Source: an uncultured archaeon (GTDB lineage Archaea; Aenigmatarchaeota; Aenigmatarchaeia; CG10238-14; SCSR01). Taken from it: a stretch of DNA of 64,000 nucleotides. The stretch lies in assembly GCA_964601215.1 (NCBI GenBank), contig CAZRMN010000001.1:334-64333 (forward strand), given 5' to 3'. The notes under the pieces were generated by a model. The model did no database searches, was not told the origin of the DNA, and saw only the letters and a list, made by a program, of their open reading frames with translations. The position numbers and the translations under genes are program-made. Shown here piece by piece: positions 38,145-47,627 of this stretch. The first letter of the stretch is position 1; every line of letters starts with the position of its first letter.

Positions 38145-39629
38145 ATGAACATAGAGAAAATAATTAGGATTGCCAAAAGGCGTGGATTTATTTTTCCTTC
38201 TAGTGAAATTTATGGCGGACTATCAGGATTTTATGATTATGGCCCTTTAGGATTTTTACTCAAGAAAAAAGTAGAAAATTTTTGGAGAGAATTTTTTGTT
38301 AAACAAGATAATATTTACGAAGTTGAAACTTGTATGTTAATGCCAGAAAAGGTTTGGCAAGCTTCTGGCCATTTAAAAAGTTTTGTTGATCCTTTAACTC
38401 AATGCAAAAAATGCAATTCAACTTTTAGAGCAGATGATTTAATAAAAGAAAAAACTGGAAAGAATGTTGAAGGATTGGAAGCAAAAGAATTAACTGAAAT
38501 TATAAAACAGGAAAAGATTAAATGTCCTAAGTGTAAGGGCGAACTAACTGAAGTAAGAGTTTTTAACTTAATGTTTTCAACTCAAGTAGGACCTGTAGAA
38601 GGTAATCTTGCTTACTTAAGGCCAGAAACTGCTCAGGGAATTTTTGTAAATTTTAAGAATATTTTAAATGCTACAAGAGCTAAGCTTCCATTTGGTGTTG
38701 CTCAAGCTGGTTCTTCATTTAGGAATGAAATCTCTCCTAGACATTTTCTTATAAGATTAAGAGAATTCAAACAAATGGAAATAGAATTTTTTGTTCATCC
38801 TGAAAAGTTGAATGAATGTGAAAATTTTGAAAAATTTGCTGATACAAAAATAAGGATTTTAACTAGAGAAGCTCAGCAAAAAGGTGAAGAAGCGATAGAA
38901 CTTACTGTTGAAGAGGCTTTAGAAAAAAACATTTTACCAAACCAATTCTTTGCATATTTCCTAGCAAAAGAATTTTTATGGTACCAGAAGCTTGGAATTC
39001 CTGCTCAAGCTTTAAGGTTTAGACATATGCTTCCGGAAGAAACTCCTCATTACTCTTCAGCAAACTTTGATTTAGAAATAAAGTTTGAGTTTGGATGGAA
39101 AGAGGTTGTTGGTAATGCTTATCGTACTGATTATGATTTGAAAAAGCATGCAAATTATTCGGGGGAAGATCTAAGCATAGTAGAAAATGGTAAAAAAATA
39201 ATTCCTCATGTTATTGAACCTTCTTTTGGTATGGATAGAACAATTTATGCGATTTTATTGTACTGTTTTAGAGAAGATAAAAAAAGGGGATGGGATTGGT
39301 TTGACTTTCCACCAAAAATTGCCCCTATTAGTGCAACAGTTTACCCTTTAGTTTCAAAAGATAATCTTCCTCAAAAAGCTTGGGAAATTTACGAGATGCT
39401 TAGAAAAAATTTTGATGTGATATATGATGAAGCTGGAAGTATAGGAAAAAGATATGCTAGAGCTGATGAAGCAGGAATTCCTTTTGCTATTACCATAGAT
39501 TATCAAACTCTTAAGGATAATACTGTAACTATTAGAGATAGGAATACTACTGAGCAAAGAAGAGTTAAAATAGAAGATTTAGCAAGAGTTTTAACTCAAC
39601 TAATAAACAGAGAAATAAAACTATTTTAA
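38145..39629 (+). CDS. glyS: Glycyl-tRNA synthetase (archaeal/eukaryotic type)
   Basis: N-terminus RRGFIFPSSEIYGGLSGFYDYGPLG and class II synthetase motifs. Confidence 0.85.
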   Translation: MNIEKIIRIAKRRGFIFPSSEIYGGLSGFYDYGPLGFLLKKKVENFWREFFVKQDNIYEVETCMLMPEKVWQASGHLKSFVDPLTQCKKCNSTFRADDLIKEKTGKNVEGLEAKELTEIIKQEKIKCPKCKGELTEVRVFNLMFSTQVGPVEGNLAYLRPETAQGIFVNFKNILNATRAKLPFGVAQAGSSFRNEISPRHFLIRLREFKQMEIEFFVHPEKLNECENFEKFADTKIRILTREAQQKGEEAIELTVEEALEKNILPNQFFAYFLAKEFLWYQKLGIPAQALRFRHMLPEETPHYSSANFDLEIKFEFGWKEVVGNAYRTDYDLKKHANYSGEDLSIVENGKKIIPHVIEPSFGMDRTIYAILLYCFREDKKRGWDWFDFPPKIAPISATVYPLVSKDNLPQKAWEIYEMLRKNFDVIYDEAGSIGKRYARADEAGIPFAITIDYQTLKDNTVTIRDRNTTEQRRVKIEDLARVLTQLINREIKLF

Positions 39630-39982
39630 GCTGCCCTTCCTCTAAAAACTCGAGCAAAATCAGGAGTAATTATTAAATAGTCTTCATCTACTCCTACCAT
39701 ATCCCCGTTCATTGCTAAGCAGGTTTTCTTTAGCCTGTCAACACATCTTTTTAGTTCATTTATATCCCTTTCTCTAAGCTCCCGAATTTTAACAAAAACT
39801 ACGTTGCCCTCTCTTACAAGCTGTTGAATCTTTTCTGTATCTGGAAACCCTTTCAAATGTTCAACTTTTATGTTAACCTTTCTTCTTTCAGTTAAAGCAG
39901 AAGTATCAATTTCCAAGAATTCTTCTTCAGCTTCTTCCTTTTTAGATTTTACTTTCTCGATCAAATCGGTAAGAAGCCCCAT
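39626..39982 (-). CDS. sepF: SepF-like cell division protein (DUF552)
   Basis: VVFVKIRELRERDINELKRCVDRLKKTCLAMNGDMVGVDEDYLIITP core. Confidence 0.55.
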   Translation of the reverse strand: MGLLTDLIEKVKSKKEEAEEEFLEIDTSALTERRKVNIKVEHLKGFPDTEKIQQLVREGNVVFVKIRELRERDINELKRCVDRLKKTCLAMNGDMVGVDEDYLIITPDFARVFRGRAA

Positions 39983-40026
39983 TTTCCATCTCCTAATATA
40001 AAAAATATCTTTTAAATTATAAATAC

Positions 40027-40287
40027 TTAGCTCAATTCTCTTCTCTTAGCCTCTAGTATACTAACTATATTCCAAATTTGTGTTCTTGTGTACATTGGCA
40101 TATTCGGGTCATTTATTATTTCGTCCAAAATGTGAATAGCAGTGCTAATTTTAACTTCTGGTGCATCATTCCCGAGCAAAGCATTCTTGGCTTCTTCAGT
40201 AGCCCTTCTTATATTCCTGGGTACAGTCCTATCGTTTATTATTCTTTCCAATAGTTGGACAACATCCTTGAACTCCATACGAATCAC
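40027..40287 (-). CDS. UPF0147-like conserved archaeal protein
   Basis: VPRNIRR...AIHILDEIINDPNMP pattern. Confidence 0.4.
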   Translation of the reverse strand: MIRMEFKDVVQLLERIINDRTVPRNIRRATEEAKNALLGNDAPEVKISTAIHILDEIINDPNMPMYTRTQIWNIVSILEAKRRELS

Positions 40288-40619
40288 TTTAACACAGTTT
40301 TTAATTTTTCTTGTAATTCTTTTAATTTATTGCTTAACCTCTCTTCAGTCTTTTCCAAACTTTTAATTCTTATATTAATATTTTCCTTCGTCTCATTTAA
40401 TTCTTTTTTTAGTTCTTCAACAGGTTTTAAAATCATTACTTGACCAACAATTTTATACGCTTTTTTTTCTTTATTTTCCTTTAGCTCGTTTAAAGCTCTT
40501 TCTATTTCCATAGCCTGTAGTTTTAAACTTTCTTTTTGAATTAGTACACTTTGCAACTGCTGCTGATAATTTTGGAACTGAATTACCAAATTTTTTGTTT
40601 CTTCAGATATTTCTGGCAT
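40284..40619 (-). CDS. pfdB: Prefoldin beta subunit
   Basis: Coiled-coil with a central beta hairpin YKIVGQVMI. Sits in the conserved L37ae-RpoP-prefoldin cluster. Confidence 0.7.
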   Translation of the reverse strand: MPEISEETKNLVIQFQNYQQQLQSVLIQKESLKLQAMEIERALNELKENKEKKAYKIVGQVMILKPVEELKKELNETKENINIRIKSLEKTEERLSNKLKELQEKLKTVLK

Positions 40620-40679
40620 AAAATCACTATTCTAAAAAATAGTAAACTAAAGAATTAAAGTTTTACTTTATTATTTTAT

Positions 40680-40808
40680 TCATCTTGCCCTTACTTTTTT
40701 AATAGTTTCCGGTCTCAGCTTCAAAAAAATCCTGTAACCACAATAAGGGCATCTTATTTTTTCATCAATTTTTTGCACAATTCTTTTGCATTTCACACAT
40801 CTATACAT
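40680..40808 (-). CDS. rpoP: DNA-directed RNA polymerase subunit P (Rpb12-like, 42 aa); absent from the ORF track
   Basis: Translates to [42 protein letters not shown], a CxxC...CxxC zinc ribbon. Starts 2 nt after the L37ae stop. Confidence 0.65.
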   Translation of the reverse strand: MYRCVKCKRIVQKIDEKIRCPYCGYRIFLKLRPETIKKVRAR

Positions 40809-40810
40809 AC

Positions 40811-41047
40811 TCACTCCTCTTTTTTAATTTCGCTTTTAGGGTAATAAGCTCCTCCAGCAAATTTTGTTCCACATTTCTTACATTGCCATATACCAGCAGA
40901 AATTCTTTTTACATATTTCATTTTACATTTTGGGCAAACGTGTCTTTGCTTTTGTATTTTTTCTATTTCGCTAACAATTTGCCTAACCTTTTTCCCGTAC
41001 CTTGCACCAAACCTTCCTGCACTTCCTATTTTTTTCTTCCTTCCCAT
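40811..41047 (-). CDS. rpl37ae: Ribosomal protein L37Ae (eL43)
   Basis: [13 protein letters not shown]...[31 protein letters not shown]. Confidence 0.85.
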   Translation of the reverse strand: MGRKKKIGSAGRFGARYGKKVRQIVSEIEKIQKQRHVCPKCKMKYVKRISAGIWQCKKCGTKFAGGAYYPKSEIKKEE

Positions 41048-41305
41048 CTACTTCACTATCCTAAATTTCTTCTTTGAAGTTAGTGTTTCAAGTATAAATT
41101 TTAATTGCTCATCAGAAATTTCATTCTTTATTTTTCCTGCTTGATATAGTTGGACTAAATACAATTCAAGCTGGGAAGCAAGCTGAGGCTTTACTAACCT
41201 TATTCTTCCAAGTCTTTCTCTAGCTTTTTTTGAAAGGATTTTTTTGAGAATAGTTTTTTTAAGTATTGCAATTTTCTGTAGTTCTTCTAAAGTTTTTTCA
41301 TTCAT
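41048..41305 (-). CDS. PDCD5/TFAR19-like DNA-binding protein
   Basis: [32 protein letters not shown] pattern. Confidence 0.5.
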   Translation of the reverse strand: MNEKTLEELQKIAILKKTILKKILSKKARERLGRIRLVKPQLASQLELYLVQLYQAGKIKNEISDEQLKFILETLTSKKKFRIVK

Positions 41306-41717
41306 TCTTTTTCACCTCAAAAGCTATTCTATCCAAAAAGCTTTGCCCTTTATTTGTAATTTTTCTTCCTTTTTTTGTTTTTTCAACCAAACCAGCTTTT
41401 TCTAATTGTTGTAAAATTTTTCTTATTATATTTCCAGAAGCTTTTCTAAAGTGTGCAGGTTTATGACCACGCCTTTTTCTTCCTCCGTAGTAAGTCCTTA
41501 GTCTTTCTGTTCCAACTGGTCCGTCCAAATAAATCCTTCTTAAAATCGAAGCAGCTCTTATATACCAAAAGTCTTCTTGTTCAGGAGGTCTTTCTTTGTG
41601 CACCCCAGACTTTACAAACTTGCTCCACTCTGGAGGAGAAATTTCCTTAATTTTTTTCAATTCTTCTTTTAATTTCTCAATAAGTTTGTCAGCAGCAACT
41701 TCCCTTACTGTTACCAT
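41298..41717 (-). CDS. rps19e: Ribosomal protein S19e. Start adjusted to MVTVREV
   Basis: [31 protein letters not shown] core. Confidence 0.8.
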   Translation of the reverse strand: MVTVREVAADKLIEKLKEELKKIKEISPPEWSKFVKSGVHKERPPEQEDFWYIRAASILRRIYLDGPVGTERLRTYYGGRKRRGHKPAHFRKASGNIIRKILQQLEKAGLVEKTKKGRKITNKGQSFLDRIAFEVKKNE

Positions 41718-41965
41718 ACTAAACCCTTTGGTGATAAAAGTATATAAGTTGTTACGCAAATTATTATTATAAATCCTGAAATTATTAAAAGCGATACTAT
41801 TACTGGAAAAGTGAATCCAGTAATTCTTCTACAAACTGTTAGCTGAGTTCCAGTTTTTTTACATTCCCGAGTGATATTTTCAATATTTTGAACTACATAA
41901 ATGAGCATAAAAGTAGCTATAAAAACAGTCAATAAACCTATTATTAAATGTGTTTCGGGCTTCAT
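41711..41965 (-). CDS. Small two-TM membrane protein
   Basis: ORF with two hydrophobic helices. Confidence 0.3.
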   Translation of the reverse strand: MKPETHLIIGLLTVFIATFMLIYVVQNIENITRECKKTGTQLTVCRRITGFTFPVIVSLLIISGFIIIICVTTYILLSPKGLVW

Positions 41966-41969
41966 TTAC

Positions 41970-42284
41970 TCATCTTTTATAAGGATATCTATAAATTTTA
42001 TTACAGTTCAAACATTTTATACTAACTGTTTTTTTATTTTTATCTAGTCTTACTTTACAGCTTACTCCTGGCAAAAGTAATGAGTTACAATTTTTGCAGA
42101 ATTTTCTTTTTTGTTCTTTCGTAAGCCTTACATTATACCTTAATCCAATTTTTCTCGCTAACTGAATGTATCTTTTACTTCTTTCAGGGTGTTTTTTAAA
42201 TTCTTTCTCTGCTAACTCAAAAAGAATTTTTATTCTTTCTTTTGCAATCTTTCTTTGCCATTCTGGTTTTCTTCCTCTTCTCAT
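41970..42284 (-). CDS. rnp4: RNase P protein component 4 (Rpp21/Rnp4)
   Basis: ERSKRYIQLARKIGLRYNVRL...FCKNCNSLLLPGVSCKVRL...CLNCNKIYRYP zinc ribbon. Confidence 0.7.
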   Translation of the reverse strand: MRRGRKPEWQRKIAKERIKILFELAEKEFKKHPERSKRYIQLARKIGLRYNVRLTKEQKRKFCKNCNSLLLPGVSCKVRLDKNKKTVSIKCLNCNKIYRYPYKR

Positions 42285-42316
42285 TAATTATAGTTTAGAT
42301 TTAAAAGAAAAAGAAA

Positions 42317-42420
42317 TGGGGACGCTGGGATTTGAACCCAGGTCTGAGCCTCCCAAGGGCCCGATCCTAGACCAAACTAGACGACGTTTGCGGTATGTAT
42401 CCCCGCAGTCAAGCGTCCCC
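42317..42420 (-). tRNA. tRNA-Pro (anticodon UGG) with a 29-nt insertion between acceptor stem and D stem (pre-tRNA nt 8-36)
   Basis: Acceptor GGGGACG/CGUCCCC plus discriminator A, T arm CUGGG-UUCAAAU-CCCAG, anticodon loop CUUGGGA. D arm matches the neighbouring tRNA-Pro only if 29 nt (plus 42385..42413) are removed, which also gives U8. Confidence 0.6.
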
Positions 42421-42586
42421 AATATATTCTCTTACTATTTTTACTAATAATTCAGTTATATCTTTATCTTCTATTAATGTTATGAATTTTTTTTGGTATT
42501 TTTACATTTCTTTTCAAGGTGCTATAAATTTTTTTAGGTATAATTAAATAGACTATGTCCCAAAAAATTTTTGCAGATTTTAAATA

Positions 42587-42671
42587 TGGGAGAGCTGGGA
42601 TTTGAACCCAGGCTACAGCCGTTCTGTACAAACCCCAGGGCCGCGTCCTAACCAAGCTAGACTACCCTCCC
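42587..42671 (-). tRNA. tRNA-Pro (anticodon GGG) with an 11-nt intron at canonical 37/38
   Basis: Acceptor GGGAGGG/CUCUCCC, D arm GUCU-AGCUUGGUUA-GGAC, anticodon stem CGGCC/GGCUG, loop CUGGGG[UUUGUACAGAA]C, T arm CUGGG-UUCAAAU-CCCAG. Intron at plus 42622..42632 with a minimal BHB. Confidence 0.7.
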
Positions 42672-42778
42672 TTGATTTTTAAAATTTTTTTATGTAAATA
42701 TAAATATGGCAAGGCTTATCTTAGATTTTATTCTAAAAAACTTTAGCTAATTTATTCTGAAAAACTAAATTATCTATT

Positions 42779-44068
42779 ATGGAGCAAAAAGTTTTCAAAC
42801 CTCATAAAACTATCGTAGGTAGGACAAGAGAAGACTTAGAAAAATTTGGAGATAGGTGCATTGGTTATATAGGAAAACATATTGTTGGCAAAGGTGAAGA
42901 TGCCCACCTTACCACAAAGGTTTTTCTTGACTTGCTAAGACCACATATAATACTAATCTCTGGAAAAAGAGGAACGGGCAAAAGCTATTCGGCAGGAATA
43001 ATAGCAGAAGAAATAGCTTTGCTTCCAGAAGAATTTAGAAATAATTTAAGTGTTGTGATGATCGATACAATGGGAATCTATTGGAGTTTGAAAAGACCAA
43101 ACGAACAGCAAAGGGATTTGCTTAAGGAATGGGATTTGGAACCAAAAGGTTTTGAAAATGTAAAAGTTTTTGTTCCTTTTTCTCAAATAGAAGAATTCAA
43201 AAAAGCGGGAATCCCAGTTGATGGAGGGATTTCTATCTTGCCTTATGAATTTTCTGGTGAGGAATGGTGTCTAGCTTTTAACCTTAAAAGAACAGAACCA
43301 ATTGCAATTTCTTTAGAGAAAAATGTTAACGAGCTTTTAGAAAGTAGGGAAAAATTTAGTATTGAAGACCTAATAACAAAAATAAGAGATGATAGAGAAA
43401 CTTCTCAAGATGTGAAAAATGCTTTAGAAAATATGCTTACTGTAGCAAAACAATGGGGGGTTTTTGGAGAAGAAGGAATTAATATCGATGAAATAATTCA
43501 GCCTGGACAAATAAGTGTAGTTGATGTTTCTCATTTAAGAGCTACTGAAGCATGGAGTGTAAGAAATTTTATAGTTGCAATTTTAGCAAGAAAAATTTAT
43601 CAAGCAAGAGTAATAGCAAGAAAAGAGGAAGAAATAGCAAAGCTTGAAGGAAAGGAAGCTAAAAAAACTTATCCGATGGTTTGGTTGATTATTGATGAAG
43701 CCCATAACTTTTGTGGAACTGAGCTAAGTGTTTCTTTAAACCCTTTGTTAACAATAGCAAAGCAAGGAAGAGAGCCTGGTATAAGTCTAGTTGTGATAAC
43801 TCAAATGCCAAATAAAATCCATCAAGATATACTAAGCCAGTGCGACTTAGTAATTTCTCATAGACTAACTTCAAAGGATGATTTACAAGCTTTGCATGCA
43901 GTAATGCAAACTTACATGGCAGAAGAGTTATGGAAGTATATAAACGCTTTGCCTAGAGGTTGGATAGGAAGTGCAATAATTTTAGACGATAATTTAGAAA
44001 GAGTATTTTTAATTCAACTAAGACCCAGATTATCCTGGCACGCAGGAGGAACTGCGATTATCTTATAA
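42779..44068 (+). CDS. HerA/FtsK-like P-loop ATPase (DUF87-type)
   Basis: Walker A ISGKRGTGKSY and Walker B LIIDEAHNF. Confidence 0.5.
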   Translation: MEQKVFKPHKTIVGRTREDLEKFGDRCIGYIGKHIVGKGEDAHLTTKVFLDLLRPHIILISGKRGTGKSYSAGIIAEEIALLPEEFRNNLSVVMIDTMGIYWSLKRPNEQQRDLLKEWDLEPKGFENVKVFVPFSQIEEFKKAGIPVDGGISILPYEFSGEEWCLAFNLKRTEPIAISLEKNVNELLESREKFSIEDLITKIRDDRETSQDVKNALENMLTVAKQWGVFGEEGINIDEIIQPGQISVVDVSHLRATEAWSVRNFIVAILARKIYQARVIARKEEEIAKLEGKEAKKTYPMVWLIIDEAHNFCGTELSVSLNPLLTIAKQGREPGISLVVITQMPNKIHQDILSQCDLVISHRLTSKDDLQALHAVMQTYMAEELWKYINALPRGWIGSAIILDDNLERVFLIQLRPRLSWHAGGTAIIL

Positions 44069-45629
44069 TTTTTGTCACAGTTCCTATTCCTTTTGTTTTT
44101 CCTTCGCGAAAAATAAATTTATCCCCTTCTTGAATGAAATGAGAAGAATATTTGAAGGTAAATCTTACTAAACCTGAATCTCCAGCTTTTAAATATTTTT
44201 TATTTAAGCATTCTATCTTTGCGGCTTCAGCTATTGTGTTGCAATGAATAACAGGTTCATAGCCTGAGGCAATTCTAGTTGGATGGTTTAAAACCAAAAC
44301 TTCTGCTTCAAAACTTTTTACTGCTTTTGGTTTTATACTCGCATCGCAAAGTATCATTCCTCTTTTTATTTCCTCATGTTTTACTCTTCTTATTGCTATA
44401 CCAACTACTAAACCAGCATTAGCTTCTTCCAAAGGCAAATAATGCATTTGTATGCTTTTTGCTTTAACTTTTTTAAATTCCCCACCTATTGGTCCTAGTA
44501 ATAGTTCAGAACCAGCCTTAAGCTTTCCTTGCTTAATAGTACCAGAAACTACTGTGCCTACACCTGAAACATTATAAATCCTATCTATAAACATGAGAAA
44601 AGGTTTCTCTACTTCCTTTTCTTTTTGAGGCAAATAGTTAAGAAGTTTTTTCAGTAACTCATAACCTTCCAAAGTTACAGAAGAAGTTTTAAGAATTGGA
44701 ACGATTATCTCTAGCTTGTCAAGGATTACTTCAATATCGCTTTCAGCCTTTACTGGAAATGGAACTCTTCCCACATTTTTAAGCAAGTTTTCAATTTCAT
44801 TTTCAACTTCTTCAACTCTTTTTTTACTTACTTTATCAGTCTTGGTAATACAAATTATTATTGGTAAATTCATCGCTAATAGCAAGCCTAAATGCTCTTT
44901 AGTAGTAGGCATTACACCATCGTTAGCAGCAACTACCAACAAACCATAATCTATGCTTTGGCCAACAAATCCTCGAATAGCAGTGTATAACCAAGCGCTA
45001 TGACCAACTGTGTCAACAAAGCTTATTATCTTGTCAGCTTCTTCAGCAATCCTTGCTCTTTCCTTTTTATCCAACGGATTTTTGAAGTGTAGTAGCTTAT
45101 TATTTTTAAAGCCAAGTAGAGCATAATGTAAATCAGCAGATAAGCCACGTTCAATTTCATGAGGCAATACATCTAAATAAAGCCATGCTTTTCCATTCTT
45201 GTCCGGCTTACCAGTCATCAAACAAGCTATTAAAGTTGATTTTCCATGGTTTACATGCCCGGCGGTAGCAATTATTACATGTTGTTTTTTTGGTTTACCT
45301 AAAACTTTTGTTATTAGAACTCTTCCAAAAACTTTTCCATTTTCCTGAAACTTTTCAACCTTTTCTATTTTCGCATTATTTTCTCGAGCTATTACTTTCA
45401 ACACGTTTAAACTTTCTTCGAATTCAAATTCACTCAAACCCTTAACCTTACCTTTATCGTCCACTCCTAAAATATAAACTGCTTTTCCCTTTCCTATTTC
45501 AAGCCTATATCTCATTTGAGAGGCTAAATGTTGCTTTTTATTTTCTTTTAAGTGCAAAGAAGAGAGTAACCTCTCCTTAAATTCTATATTTTTGTTTTCT
45601 TTTCTTGGAATTGAGATTTTCTTTTTCAT
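44058..45629 (-). CDS. EF-Tu/EF-1A-family translational GTPase paralog (GTPBP1-like)
   Basis: G1 motif AGHVNHGKSTL, DTVGH, NKTD-like TKTD, C-terminal beta-barrel domains, N-terminal extension. Confidence 0.55.
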   Translation of the reverse strand: MKKKISIPRKENKNIEFKERLLSSLHLKENKKQHLASQMRYRLEIGKGKAVYILGVDDKGKVKGLSEFEFEESLNVLKVIARENNAKIEKVEKFQENGKVFGRVLITKVLGKPKKQHVIIATAGHVNHGKSTLIACLMTGKPDKNGKAWLYLDVLPHEIERGLSADLHYALLGFKNNKLLHFKNPLDKKERARIAEEADKIISFVDTVGHSAWLYTAIRGFVGQSIDYGLLVVAANDGVMPTTKEHLGLLLAMNLPIIICITKTDKVSKKRVEEVENEIENLLKNVGRVPFPVKAESDIEVILDKLEIIVPILKTSSVTLEGYELLKKLLNYLPQKEKEVEKPFLMFIDRIYNVSGVGTVVSGTIKQGKLKAGSELLLGPIGGEFKKVKAKSIQMHYLPLEEANAGLVVGIAIRRVKHEEIKRGMILCDASIKPKAVKSFEAEVLVLNHPTRIASGYEPVIHCNTIAEAAKIECLNKKYLKAGDSGLVRFTFKYSSHFIQEGDKFIFREGKTKGIGTVTKIIR

Positions 45630-45776
45630 ATTCTCTGAGAAAGGTTTAAGTTTAGAAAACTTAAATTTAACTATTTCTTTAAACTTTCAATCTTCATTGA
45701 AATTCATATAAATAATATTTGATTTTAACTAAAACGAAAATTTTTCTTTAAATCAAACTTTTAACAAAATTATATC

Positions 45777-47627
45777 ATGAAGAAATTTATAATTTCAATT
45801 TCTATTTTAATAGTTTTTATTTTAAACATTGAAACTGTTTTTGCAGAAAGTATCGTTTCAGTTAATGTAAGCGATGTATACAAAATAACTGGAGAAAAAG
45901 TTAATGGAATAGCAAGATACATAGTTGACATAGAAAGAACAGGAACTTCAGTTGTTCAGGGAACTGCAAAAAATCTCACGGTATTTAATAAAATTTTTCC
46001 ACGTGTATGGGGAGAGGATCGTGGGTTTTATTTCTGGAATCAAAGTGGATATGTAAGTTCAAGAGATCTTACAAGTTTGATGGATGTTAAACTAATAGAG
46101 AATGGTCCAATGAGAGTTTTCGTTCATTCTGAAAATAGTTCTTCTGCTTATGGTCCAGCTTCAGATTGTTGGGAAGGGGCTGGAATATGTTGGAATGTTT
46201 CAACTAATATCTATGCATATCCGAAATATTATATAGAATTAATAAAAGTATGGGGTAATTTTTCTTTCGCACAGATGTATGTAGGAAATCCCGTCTGGAA
46301 ATCACCATACACATTCGATAAAGAGGGTAACTCTCCAGTTTTTAATGCTGTAGCATGGTATTGGTTGAATGGTACCTATATGGATGGAAACAATACTCTT
46401 GCTGTAACAATTAAGAAAAATAACTTTAACAATAGCGTAGTATTTATTTTCAACGAAACCGGACATAACAAAACAATCGCTAGGTTTCCTTTACAAACTA
46501 GTATTCAAAACCCTCCTCAATCAAGTTGGGAAACGGTTTATCCTCCTTATTACTATACATACTTAGGTTTTAATGGAGGCAAAAATCCAAGCCCTTACAT
46601 TTTCGGTTTTGGGTTTTTCTTTTCAGATTCTGGTAATAAATCTCTTCAAGAAAACTATTCAGTTTGGCTTGGCTTTAAAGACCAATGGTTTGATTTGTAT
46701 TATCCAGCTTCTATTTCAATAATAAATGGAACCTATGAAGGAAGAGATAATATTACTTTAACTTATAATTTTTCTGTTGATTCTTCAGGCTTATTAAGGT
46801 TTAATTTTTCTACTAACGGAATTAAACATTCCTTACCAGTATTTCACATAAAAAACACTTTTTCTCTCTCCAACTATAAAGACCACATTTGGATGAAAAA
46901 TTATTCAGAACCAAATCCAACTTGGAAAAAATTAGTTAATTGGACAGATTTTGTAATCCAAGAAGGTAATTCTTCTCATTTTGGTTACAATTACACTTTA
47001 CTACTAATCAATAAAACTCTTGGAAGCGACTACGAATTCTGGATTTCTAATAGTAGTGATCCATCAAACATTTATAAAGTAGAGTGTGAAACTGGTGGCC
47101 CTTATGTCAAGGGTTCTACAATTAATATAATAGGGAACACAAGCTACCTAGATGGTTCACCAGTTTCTTTAGATGTTAACATCCAACTAATAAAAAACGG
47201 AAATCTAATTCTTTCAACTAACACAATTTCTGACTCAGATGGTAAATTCCTAAAAACTATTACTCAAACCTTAGACCCAGGCACTTATTTAGTTAATATT
47301 TCTGCTGGTTTAGCTGGAAGTTACGCTTATTGTTCGGACATCCTTATAATAAATTATTCTAAACCTGAAGAGAAATGTGAGAATAAAACAATTGAAGTTT
47401 CTGGCTTTTTAGTTTACTCTGACTCTGGACAACTAGTTCCTTCTGGAAAAGTAGTTCTTTCAATACTAGAAACTAATGAAAAAAATCAAACCTCTTTTAC
47501 CCAAGGGAAATTCTCCATAAGCTTAACCTCTTGTTTATTCTTGGGTAAAAAATACACTCTTGTAGTTTATACTACTGACGAATCAGGAAAAGAAAGCTGG
47601 TTTTACAGAACTATAATTTCAACTTAG
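45777..47627 (+). CDS. Secreted N-glycosylation-rich surface protein with C-terminal CarbopepD_reg-like repeats
   Basis: Signal peptide MKKFIISISILIVFILNIETVFA and many NxS/T sites. Confidence 0.4.
   Translation: MKKFIISISILIVFILNIETVFAESIVSVNVSDVYKITGEKVNGIARYIVDIERTGTSVVQGTAKNLTVFNKIFPRVWGEDRGFYFWNQSGYVSSRDLTSLMDVKLIENGPMRVFVHSENSSSAYGPASDCWEGAGICWNVSTNIYAYPKYYIELIKVWGNFSFAQMYVGNPVWKSPYTFDKEGNSPVFNAVAWYWLNGTYMDGNNTLAVTIKKNNFNNSVVFIFNETGHNKTIARFPLQTSIQNPPQSSWETVYPPYYYTYLGFNGGKNPSPYIFGFGFFFSDSGNKSLQENYSVWLGFKDQWFDLYYPASISIINGTYEGRDNITLTYNFSVDSSGLLRFNFSTNGIKHSLPVFHIKNTFSLSNYKDHIWMKNYSEPNPTWKKLVNWTDFVIQEGNSSHFGYNYTLLLINKTLGSDYEFWISNSSDPSNIYKVECETGGPYVKGSTINIIGNTSYLDGSPVSLDVNIQLIKNGNLILSTNTISDSDGKFLKTITQTLDPGTYLVNISAGLAGSYAYCSDILIINYSKPEEKCENKTIEVSGFLVYSDSGQLVPSGKVVLSILETNEKNQTSFTQGKFSISLTSCLFLGKKYTLVVYTTDESGKESWFYRTIIST

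Noticed and set aside
42317-42420. Canonical BHB fold for the tRNA-Pro(UGG) 29-nt insertion
   Set aside because: Tried junctions 7/8, 8/9 and 9/10; none gives two 3-nt bulges separated by a 4-bp helix. The insertion is reported as a non-canonical candidate, not asserted as a BHB.
42464-42655. 63-aa ORF on the minus strand
   Set aside because: Lies entirely over the tRNA-Pro genes and their spacer; spurious.
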